Positions 47,200 to 57,935 of a DNA stretch of 64,000 nucleotides are shown one piece after another. Each line of letters starts with the position of its first letter. Position 1 is the stretch's first letter. The position numbers were made by a program, and so were the translations under genes. A model generated the notes under the pieces. The model worked only from the letters and a program-made list of their open reading frames with translations. It did not search any database and had not been told where the DNA came from. Source of the stretch: Microbotryum violaceum (taxonomy: Eukaryota); contig CDLV01000012.1 in the NCBI GenBank assembly GCA_001244265.2, forward strand, positions 1,178,001 through 1,242,000. Direction: 5' to 3'.

Positions 47200-50100
47200 T
47201 GATTGAGTTCATCATCATGACCTGGAACGTCAACAGGGGCTTCAATACCCCTGAACGACGTCGTCTGCTTCTTTCGTATCTCACTTCGCTCACACCTCCC
47301 CCTTCTGCTATCCTTCTCCAGGAACATAATGTTCCTAAAGCACGACAATCTCACATACGCCACGAGTAGGCCCAGTCCCACCAGGGCGAGGCTTACTTTT
47401 CTCAACACTGCCTCACTTTGATTCCAAGCTCTTCTCCTCTTCTCGGTGGTCATCGTCGCACGTGTCAGTCTCTTGGCGGGCGCTTACTCGTGACCACCTT
47501 CGATGTGCGGGGTTCGACGGACGTCGTCGAACTCAACAATATCTACGCTCCGGTTCAACCCGCCGAGCGCCTCCTCTTCTTCACCTCCCTTCACTTTCGG
47601 GCGACCGTCTCCTCTCATATTCGGTTCATCGCGGGAGATCTCAACGACTGCCCTATTCCCGCGGTGGATCGAGCGCAACAGGTGGACCGCCCGAACACCC
47701 ACCACTGGCCTGTGCTTATGTCTCGGCTCGACGGGGCGTACACGGATGCCATTCGGCTCATGCACCCACTGTCGCCGGCGACCACGCGCCCACATCTCAG
47801 CAAGGACGGCCAGCTCATTTCGCGCGCGCGCATCGACTTTGTTCTGGTGCAGCGGCGACACGAGCGACGGGTCGTTTCTGCTTCTACTCTGTACAATATC
47901 TCTCGATCCATGTCGGATCATCGACCGGTTACGGTCACATTTAGGCTGCGCGCAAGTGGTGCCGAGGTCGAAGAGGAGCTCTGCCTTCCCCAGGCGGCTC
48001 ATTTTCTGACCCGCATCAACTCGTCGACCTTCAGACACGCCGAGTTTAAGGAGTTCGTCACTCGTCTCCTTGAGCAGGCACCGTCTGGGGATCCGGTCGC
48101 GGACCTTCAGCGCGTACTCTCGGAGTCTCGGGTCCAAGCTCTCGAGCTGTCTCGGCGTCTGTTTCGGGAGCGCAACGCCCTCGAAATGATGCTGGTATCT
48201 CGACTGCAGGACATTGAGTCTCGTCGGGTGCTGAGCCCCTTCGATATTATCGACTGGACGAACACCCACGACGCTCTCTCCAAGCTTGTGAACGAGCGAG
48301 CAAGGCAGTCCCGGATCAGGGCGCACGTTCCCGAGATTGCATCCGAGGAACGTCTCAGTCGTCCGGTACATGCCAAACTGGCTGCTCGGTCCCGCGATGT
48401 GAAGTTTCAGAGTATCCGGCTCGCTGATGGCGAGCTCACCACTGACATTGAGCGCGCGCTCGAACACACCCATTCTCATTTCCAGCAGCACTACCTTGTC
48501 GAAGCGAAGGATCCGGAACAGGTCGTGACGATGCGGGATGAGCTCTTGGGACCCATCAGATCAGCAAGACCTTGTGACGACCCGCTTTCCGACGCTCGCT
48601 TCCTTCGGCGGTTCTCGAATTCGCACGTCGACATTCTGGCCGAGCCCATCAGCGAGGCCGAGGTGCTCGCAGCGATTCGAACCACGCACGAAGGTCGATC
48701 TCCGGGTCCTTCAGGGGTCCCCTATGAGATGTATCGAGCCTGCCCCCTGCTTTGGGCCCCTCTCTTGACTCGAGCCTACAACGAGCTGATTACTCGAGGC
48801 TCCCTTACTCCACAACAGAGCCAGGCCAATGTGCGCCTCTTGTTCAAACACAACAAACCTGGTGCAGCGCGGTGCGACCTCAAATCGTATCGTCCGATCA
48901 CCTTGCGGGAATGCGACTACAAGATCTTCACCAAGGTCTACGTGGCTCGTCTGAACCGGATCCTCCCCGATGTTCTTCCGGCCGGACAGCATGGGTTCGT
49001 CAAGGGGCGAAGACCAGCGGACGCGGCTTTGCATCTGCGGCTCCTGATCGATGAGATTAGGGGTCGTGGGCAGAGTTCCCGACAGCAGCGCTCCTCTCCC
49101 TGGATCAGAGCTCGGCTTACGACATGGTCGAGCACGACTGGGTCTTTGCGGTGTTTGAGGCTCTCGGCGCGCCGGAACCTTTCCAGCGCGTCTTGCGGAT
49201 GCTCTACAACGGCGAGACGTCCACAGCGCGGTACATTGTCAACGGTTTCCTCACCGAGACGGTGCGACTCCTGTGCGGTCTTGGCCAGGGCGATCCTCTC
49301 TCTTCTTCTGTCTGGGATGTGGTATTCCAACCCTTCCTTGATTCTCTCAGTCGACGCAACATTGCGCTGACTATCACTCTTCCGGAGCTGGCTCATCGTC
49401 CGCAGACTCGATGCATCACCAATTTGGCGTTCGCGGATGACGCCGTCGTCGCTGTTGCTGGGCCGGAAGCTATTGCTTCGCTCGAGGCGTTAGCTCGGGA
49501 TTGGCGACTCGCGACGAACGGACGTCTAAACACCGACAAAACTGTGGTGATGCCATTGGGCGCGACGTTGTGGGATCGCGCGGACTTGTCCAAACTGTCG
49601 TTCGTGGCACCGGACGAGTCTCTTCCCTGGATCGGTCTCCAGTTTGCGCCTGACGGCAACAACAGGCTGGGATTCCATGATCTTGAGCGAAGGGTTGATC
49701 GAGTGATTCTCTCGGTGCGCGACCGATGGATGACGCATCATACCCGGGCTTTCTATCTTAACTGCTACGGCATCTCCAAGGTGCTGCACTCTCTCTCCGC
49801 CGACATCCCGCCATCCGACGTGATCAAGTCGATCGAGCGCAAGCTTGCTGACTTTGTGAAGGGAGGCCCGCGGCGCAGCGACTACAAGCAATCGGTCGTC
49901 TTCACGGCACGGGCGCGAGGCGGTCTCAGCGTCGTGAGCATCCAGGATGTGGTGGATTCAGTCTCGGTACGGATCTGGGATGTGCTGGCCGGCGGGTCAA
50001 CTGCGATTTGGGGCGATCTGGCTCGGAGTTCCATCCGGCGAGCGCTTCCGACCTTTGACTTTGCTGCGGATCTGTGGACGTGGAGGAACGCCGACGCACC

Positions 50101-51237
50101 CCGGGAGCTACATCCCCGCTGGCGAGCGGTGCTCTCGGTCGCTGAACGCTACCCTGCCGTCGTCGATCCTGCCAAACTTTCGGTCTCCAATCTTCTTTCT
50201 CTTTCCCCCTCCAACCGGGTCTGCATGACTCGCGGGCGTTCTCGGAGCAGGATAAGCGTTTGGCGAAGCATTTCAGTTTCGAACGCACCATCGCTGACAT
50301 CTATGCTCGAGCTCAATACCCCGCAGCTCCAACGGTGCCCTGGACCCCTGAGAAGCATCCCCAAGGCGACGGCTCGGAGCTGTCCAACCTTTGGCAATGG
50401 AAGCGCGATCAAGTCCAGGCGTGGATCCAGGTCGCAGGCGATCGCTTCATCCCGCCGCTTCCGCCTCCTGTTCCCGTCCTCGCACGTCGACCACCCGTCA
50501 TTAGTGTCGTTGGAGCACCTGGAGCCCGGCCCGGCGGTCCCCTCGAGCACATCTTGCCCAGAGCGACTCCGGTCGGCATGCCTGATCAAAGACTTCCCCT
50601 CCCCTCCGCCCCCTTGCTTGCTAATCAGTGGAGAATGTTGAGCTTGGACAGACCCTACACCATTGCGCGACTTCGACGCGTCATCAACCATCGACGTTTC
50701 GACGACACACAACGCCCTGGATCACTCGCCACACCCAAAGAAAGGCGACTCTTCTGGGGGTGGTTCCACACCGGGCCCGCCACGGCCCGCGAGCGCGAGG
50801 TGCACTTCAAGCTGGCGTACCACTTCACGCCAACGCGGAAGCGCCAGTTTGTGCAGCGGCATGGCGACTCGGCCTGCTGCCTTGTGCAGGCATGCAGCCT
50901 GGCAGGGGTAGAGGATGACTTTACTCACTTTTGGCATGATTGCCCTGACTCTTCTCAATTTTGGCAAGCAGCTAGGTCCATTATCTGCGACGCGCTGGGG
51001 GTCGTGTCGATCCTCGACCTCGACTACACGGCACTTCAGATCGAGCACGGCCTCCCTCGACTGCGCGCTCGCCTTCCGACGTCGAAAAAGCGTCCAATCC
51101 GCGCCTTCATTGCGCTGGCGCTCGACACTCTCAGCAACCGACGCTTGGATCTCCATCGCCACGCCAGAGCGATGTCGAGCATGGACAAGGAGATGGCGGG
51201 ACTGAAGGAGAGGTTGGAGCTCAGATTGGCGCGATGA
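47199..51237 (+). CDS. Family B ORF2 (APE endonuclease + reverse transcriptase), disrupted
   Basis: MIEFIIMTWNVNRG, LLQE, NIYAP, AGDLN, ARIDF, SDHRPV; SPGPSG, YRPITL, QGDPLS, FADD. In-frame TAG at 47367-47369 and homopolymer frameshifts near 49070 and 50205. Confidence 0.9.
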
Positions 51238-52629
51238 AGTAGATGGCGCTCCCTCCCTATCCAAGCAAAAACCAAACCCCCAAAAAATCACAAGTCCCTT
51301 TTCCCTCCTTCTCAATCTCCAAAATGTCTCCCAAACACGCCAGAATACTGGACCTGTTTTCTCTCGCTCTTTTTGCCATTCCTCCTCATAGGCTTCCGTA
51401 CTCCCCAGGAGCCTCGGGTTCTTTGCGCCGGCGGGCATTGTCGCCCTTGGTTCGAGCTTCTGCCACATCACGATGACACACAGCGAAAACGGATCCCCTT
51501 GGCCCTCTCCTGGACTATGCCGTGAGTTTTCCACTCCTCTCAAGGGCCGGGTCTGTCTTCTCTTTCGGTCGAGCGACTCCGTGATCTCCTGTTCAAGGCC
51601 GGCACAAACTGCCTGCGTGGCTCGCCTCTCCTTGCTTTGCTGCTCGCTCGGAGTCGCGGCCGCGCGGCGGGTGACTCGGGTACCGAACCGCCATACACAT
51701 CCACACTCGAGCGAGGTCCCACCCAATGACATCACCGTCGTGGGCCTCATGCTCCTTCTTTCCCCAGTATCTGCGGTGATTGGGAACCACCTGCACGTAC
51801 AAGGGGACTCGAGTGTGCGTTCCGAGATTGGGAGTACGCCGCAGGGAAGCGAGGCCCCTGCGGAAGGTATACCCCGCCCTTGTCTCCAGCCGCGCGCCGG
51901 TGTTGACGGCCACCCGCCCGCGCTGCACCCGACCGAGGCGTGTCCAATGGACTGTCACATGCTCCGTGACTTTCCCCGGAAATCTCTGGATTGTGTGTTT
52001 TTGTGCGAAGTAGGCCTGTTTCGCAGTTGCAGTCATTGGAATGGGGGTGATCTGGGGTCGTGCGGTCGCGAGGGGGGCCGACTTTGGTAACCGAAAAGGG
52101 GTTTGGAATCCGCGGTGGAGATCCAGCGCAGACGGGTACAAGGGGTATGTGATTGCTGCGGTCGCAGGGGGTTACATTCCCCCTTTGGACCACGTGAATC
52201 ATTTGGATTGAGCGGGATGTTTGTGCCATCGGAGGCCTTGTTCGACGCGTCTCAAAGAATTAAGGGGCTTCAAGGAGTATGGCGGTCTCAGGGGGGGCTG
52301 AAGTCAAAAGATCGAAGAAGGTTCAACTGTACAACTATAATCGGATTCGCCTGTACAACACATGTACCATCACCAACGACTCATCCATCTTTTCCCGATT
52401 CCTTGTGTATAATCTTCAATCTTCCTTTCATTCGTCTCTGGGAGGGAGCAACCGTGGGTGGGGGGACTTGAACTCGGATGTATCGGGTTGGTCTGTTCTG
52501 CTAGTTACAACGCATCAAGCGGCGGTTGTGGTCATCATCGTGCATACTGGGTAGCATCTCCTTTAGTTCCGTAGGGGGTTTTCTCGTCTTGCAAATTAGC
52601 GATGAGTTTCATACAAAAAAAAAAAAAAA

Positions 52630-53093
52630 TCGGCCAAGGGAGGACATCAGGCGCTGTCGGGGTGACGAGTAGCTGGGGCTTGGCTGCGGCCTGTTAGTCC
52701 CTGGGGACCTCTACCTCCGGCTTCGACCCCCTCCCTTGGCCCCTCGGGTGTGTTCCCCTCCTCTCTGTCTTAGTATTCCTGGTTCTCCGTATCCCCAGTC
52801 GTGACTTTCTGTATACTCTCCCCCTTCTTTCTCTAGGCGCTCTTGCCTGGTTTTCGAGTATCTTTGCTCCCGCTCTTGGGACGTGAAGCGGCAGCAGTAC
52901 TCACCGCCCGTTGGAGTCCGCGTTAGGTGCTCGGCGGGTTTTGATCTGCGCAGCGCTCTTTGCGCGCAGGGGTTTGACTTTCACCCAACTGCTTGCCGTC
53001 GTTGCTTTATAACCTCCTTTAGCTCTTTTTGTAGCGGTCCCAGCCAACCCGAAGGATTGCAATTTATGAGCCCCAGTCAAAAACAAAAAAAAA
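52630..53093 (+). mobile_element. Non-LTR family A, 3'-UTR fragment with poly(A)
   Basis: Matches 31018-31476. Confidence 0.93.
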
Positions 53094-55990
53094 CACCTCA
53101 CCTCACTTCACTTCACTTCACTTCACTTCACTTCACTTCACTTCACTTCACTTCACTTCGCCCTACCGCAGTCTTCGATACTCGAGTTAACAAGTGATAC
53201 ACCGACAAGATGTCTACAGGAGACCCTGGGTCCCCACCGCCGGCACCGCCACCACCGGTGTCCGCCACCAGTGTCCAGCCACCCGGCGACCAGATCCCGA
53301 TAAGCTCGAAGAAGACGCAAGTCACGGGCCCTGCCACCGCCGCACCCAACTATGCCGCCGCACCCAACTATGCCGCCGCTGCGAGTCAGGCGACTCAGTC
53401 ACCTGAACAACAGCAACAACAACAACAGCGTGCCAAGGCTCTGGGCAGCCTCCTACAAGCCATGGGTGCTGTACCCGGAAACCGCATGGATCGTTGGGTC
53501 CAGGCCATCTACTTCGCCTAACTCTACCCCGTCGCCACCGCCACATCGCTGAAATTCTCGGCCTTGAACGCGAACCGGTCTGTCGAGAACATCTTTGATT
53601 ACGCCCTTGAAGTGACTCTGTCTCACCAGAGCGCCTCGCGAGCGTCTCATGCCGACAAGACCGATCTCGTGGCCTGCGTCACGAGGCTGTTATCGCCGAT
53701 CTCTCCTATCTGCTTTGAGCCTGGAGTTCCTCTGCCGGACCACCTTGCAGCCTATCGACCACAGATCCTAGGCGTACAACATTCATCAATCCTGCGTAAT
53801 GGGGCGGCTCACCATCGCGTTACCGTTGGGTTCGTCACCGGCGAGGCACGTGACGCTGCGCTTACGACGCCCCCTGCTCTCACTTGGCGATCGGCGAAGG
53901 CCCGCTTCGCGAAATCTCACAGGTTCCACCATAACATCGTCGAGCTTCGAATCAACGTCGGTGTTCAAGGAGTGCCTTCCATGGATGCCATCATCAAATC
54001 GTTCCAATTACTAGTGCAGGACTTGTCAGGCAAGGGACATTCGTGCCAACTTGTGCAGGTTCTGCGCATTATCAGCGTGGACAACGCCTCGGCCTTTGCC
54101 CACGTTGCCGGAGACTACTCAGCTTTCCTACACTTCGATGACGACTCCCTGTCCAAATTTACGGACGGGCAAGTGCCAGCAAGCTCAGCAACTTCAAATC
54201 TTTCCTCTACCCCCTTGGAGCTTTTCGGGATCGGTCGATCACCCCAGATCTCGGGACCTGGCGTCTCAGCGATTCGCAGTTTCGCTTATTGCGGGCCTCC
54301 AAAACGTTCGCGAACTCCTTTTTGCCGACGACGCTTGCTGCGCACTCCACAACCTCTCGGACCTCGACCACCTCAATCGGGCGATCGAGCTTTACGAACG
54401 GGCAAGTGCCAGCAAGCTCAGCAACGCCAAATCTTTCCTCTACCCCCTTGGAGCTTTTCGGGATCGGTCGATCACCCCAGATCTCGGGACCTGGCGTCTC
54501 AGCGATTCGCAGTTTCGCTACCTTGGTATTCAGGTCGGGGTGGAGATCGCTGAGGATGCGGGCTGGGAAGATGTCAAGGCCTTGACCATCGCTCGGATAC
54601 GCTCGATTCCGATGTACGATCTCCCATATGCAGCCAAGTGTTCGATCATCAACATCTACTGCTACACAAAGATCTTGTACTACAGCCGATTCCTTCCCGC
54701 CCCCAAGAGCGTTGTCAAGGAGATCGAGGAGGCCGCCATGCTCGCCATTCACGGTCGAGCTTCGGATGGTACTCAGCGACGTCCGAAGGTCTCCCGGTCG
54801 CGCCTCTGCACCCCTCTCAATCACGACGGCTTCGGTTTGATTGATCTGCCTCGGCGTCTAGCAATCGATCACGCGAAGTGGGTCTTCCAGCTCCGGGCCC
54901 CGGACGGCTGCTTCACACGCCACCTCTTCGACATCCGCATCCGCCTCCAGGCACCAAACGAACCAACCCCTTTCACCTTGTCCAGACCGGCCCCCAACCA
55001 GCATCGTTGCCCTTGGATTTGGATCTGGTGGGCATACTTTTGCCATCCTCCCCAAAGTGGGACCATGCGATGAGAAAAACGACAAAACTTCTTCCTGCTC
55101 GTTGGGTCCGATACTTCGAAGCCTGGGCGTTGGTGACCACGCTCAACCCCCCGGAACTCTCCAAGAGCCAGAACCTCGAGCAATGGGCGACGCACGTACT
55201 CTATTTCCCAGCGGGCCACGGAATACAACTCTCGGTAAACCCGACGCTTTTTCGAGGGCCCGATGGCAAGGTGATGACCCCGTCTTCGTTTGTGAACGCG
55301 TCCAAACGCCACCAAGTCTTCATCTTCCCCCTTATCTTCCCAAGGGACACCAGAAGGTATTCGATCTGCCTGAGCAACGCTGGAACGCTTGGTGGAAGGC
55401 TTTGCGCAAGGTTCGCCGGGTTCACTCGGACGCCGAGGATACCGGCCACCTTCTCTCCCTGGAGTCCCTCCATCCGGGAAGCCAAGTCGCCTCCCCAACC
55501 AGCCCACATCCCAACAATCGATCTACCTCCTGTGTGATGTGCCTCTCGAAGCACCTGAGTGCCTGGTTCACCTTGCGGTCGGCTGCCCATTTGCCCGGCG
55601 CCTCTGGTCTGCTCTGTCCCCGACCCCCACCCAGTCTTTGTGGACTTTGTATGCCCGGTCGTGTCTTGCTCGGAACGTCGACTTGTCGAACTACGAGTCC
55701 TCTTCTTTCACTCGATCTGGAAGCTCTGTCGTCGTCGTCGATTCTCGTCGGATCTTTTGGAACCGATCACCGAAACGGAGTTCGAGGGGCTTCGAGCCTC
55801 TATCCAGGAGCCCAAGGGTCGCCTAGTGTCTCTGTAAGACACCAAAGGGGGTTTTAGTGGGTATGGTTGATCCTGGTTCAGGGTCAATGAGTCCTACACT
55901 ACTGGCTTCTGCCAGTGTGCGTAACAGCATTCCCTCCGACTTTTCCGAAGATTTCTAGGTATTAATATAATTATGCTGTTAATGAAGTCC

Positions 55991-56034
<44 letters not shown>
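53094..56034 (+). mobile_element. Non-LTR family D, 5'-intact but internally deleted
   Basis: 5' (CACCT)2(CACTT)11. ORF1 from ATG 53210 is homologous to B ORF1, then jumps at ~54160 into late RT (LFADD, FRYLGI, DGFGLID). CVMC...HLAVGC motif, stop at 55837, A42 tail. Confidence 0.9.
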
Positions 56035-56036
<2 letters not shown>

Positions 56037-56143
56037 GTTTCCAAGCGCGAGCATCGCGAAGCGCGTTTCGAAGCGAAGGCAAACGGGCCCAAAGCGATGC
56101 CGTAGGCTGCTCAGGGTAGGCCAAAATTGGGCCGACTCACGGG

Positions 56144-56285
56144 AAAATGTCAAAATCTGGGCATGCGCCTCGGGGGCGAAACGTATGTTTCGTCCCAAAA
56201 TGTCAATTTTTTGCGATGCGCCTCGACGATTTTCAGGATTTTGGGTCCTCAAAATGTCAAAAAAAAAAAAAAAAATGCGCCTCCG
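56144..56285. repeat. Degenerate 53-54-bp tandem repeat (AAAATGTCAA...TGCGCCTC) x3
   Basis: AAAATGTCAA at 56144, 56197 and 56251, each followed by TGCGCCTC. Confidence 0.7.
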
Positions 56286-56479
56286 GCTGGGCTTTCGGGG
56301 TCCTGCTCAGACTAAGGCTCGGACTCAGGCTCGGGTTCGCCGAGCCAGGCCGTCCCAACGGCCTACGTAAATGTAAATTCGAGCGTGCCCTTGGCGAATG
56401 GGACGACGATCGTACAAGGGCCGGTGACGATTGTAGTGATTGTTAACAACAGTGGGTTAGGCCGGGCCTCAGTGTTCAG

Positions 56480-57241
56480 TGTGGGCTGAGGAAGGCAGTG
56501 CCCCTTTACGCAGATCTTCATCGACGTCGACTCCTCCTTCCGGAACGTCGACTCCTTCCGGGTCGACACCCCTCAACTCGACTGTGACCAACACGACCTT
56601 CACGACTGAAATCCCTACAGCTCTTCACCAGCTCCCACTCTACCTACCACACCCAACCCCAACCCGACCTCTTCCGATCCTACCACATTCACTTCCTCCA
56701 AGTCCCCTCTCGTCGCTCCTAATTCCCTCTCCTCATCGTCGTCGAAACATCTTTCGCATTGCAATATTGCCGGAATTGTCGTTGGGAGTTGGGTCGGGTT
56801 GGGTTTGTTGGTTCTGTTAGTCTTATGGGCTTGGAAGAAGTGTACGGGTTCGAGGAGGGGTGGCGTTTATGAGGATAGTGAGTTAAGCACACGAAGCTGT
56901 CCCTCGTCAAACCGCCGAAGGAAGAAACTGACCCTCCCCTGTTCCTAAAAGTGATGGCTCCTACCCGACCCAACCCTTATGACCAAACAGACCCCACCTC
57001 ATCCGGATACGGAGCTCGCACCCAAGCAAGAACTCAAGGGTCTCCTTCTTCCCTCCGGAATTCAGTCCGATCAAGCTCGAATCATACGAGACGTGTGACG
57101 AGGAGAAGTAGTGCAGTGAGGTTCGGAAGTCAGGGTATCGGGTGGGGGGGGGGGGGAGATGGGGAGGGCTTTGGAGGAGGAGGAGGAGGAGGAGGACAGG
57201 GACATGATATGGGTGGGCCTATGATGGGACAATATCACTAG
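56480..57241 (+). CDS. Possible Ser/Thr-rich single-pass membrane protein (partial or pseudogene)
   Basis: S/T-rich segment, then IAGIVVGSWVGLGLLVLLVLWAWKK (TM-like), a GTGAGT intron and a Gly-rich tail. No clean start was found. Confidence 0.3.
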
Positions 57242-57935
57242 GTCTCCTGCGAAGAAACTCGTCAGTGTTCGCGATTGAGGTTTCTCTTTCTTACCAGGGA
57301 GTGGGCGGGCAGTCAGTTTGGATTGGTGGCTTGGGTTATACCCCTATATTTAGCAGATCATATCATAATTCGACAATATTGATCTACGATTGAATTGCGA
57401 GAGGCTGCTAGACATTTCAGCGTGCCTTCGTACTTTGAACTGTCAATGCAATCGAAACACACCTCGCTGCTGTGTTTGATGTTGCGTTGAAGATAGCGAC
57501 CGATCCTACTGACGACGAGGAGAGGAAGCTTAAGCGTACGGTTTCCTTTGCCTCCGACGAGGTTCTCCATGGAGAAATCGACGGCAACTATCCGCGTCAA
57601 GTCGAGAAAGGTGATTCCCATCAACCCGTCGATACCAAATCTTCATTAACGGAGACCGTCCTCTTCTCGGCGAGGTCGAGGTCTTATGTTGATGTAGACG
57701 GGTCCCTTTATCGCCCGAATGCCGCAACTCCTCGAACCGGTGGGGCGCTGAGTGGATCATTACAGAAATTCGTGGGAAGGAGCACTGGGCGATGCGATAA
57801 AGAAAATGAGATGATACTACGAGAGCTTTTTGTAAGTAGGATCCAAGCCTGTAATACGATTAAAAGTCACCAGGACGCTGAATAAGACCGATAAGTTGAA
57901 GAATTGGAGGCAAGGCTATCCAACGCGAGTCGAGC

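Larger units (their letters stand above)
45143..52629 (+). mobile_element. Full-length non-LTR family B element (right arm of palindrome)
   Basis: Reverse complement of 37580-45076; A15 tail. Confidence 0.95.

Noticed and set aside
29700-53093. RIP-like hypermutation of repeats
   Set aside because: Only isolated TCG/TTG and TGG/TAG differences were seen and the copies remain near-identical. This is too few to claim by eye.
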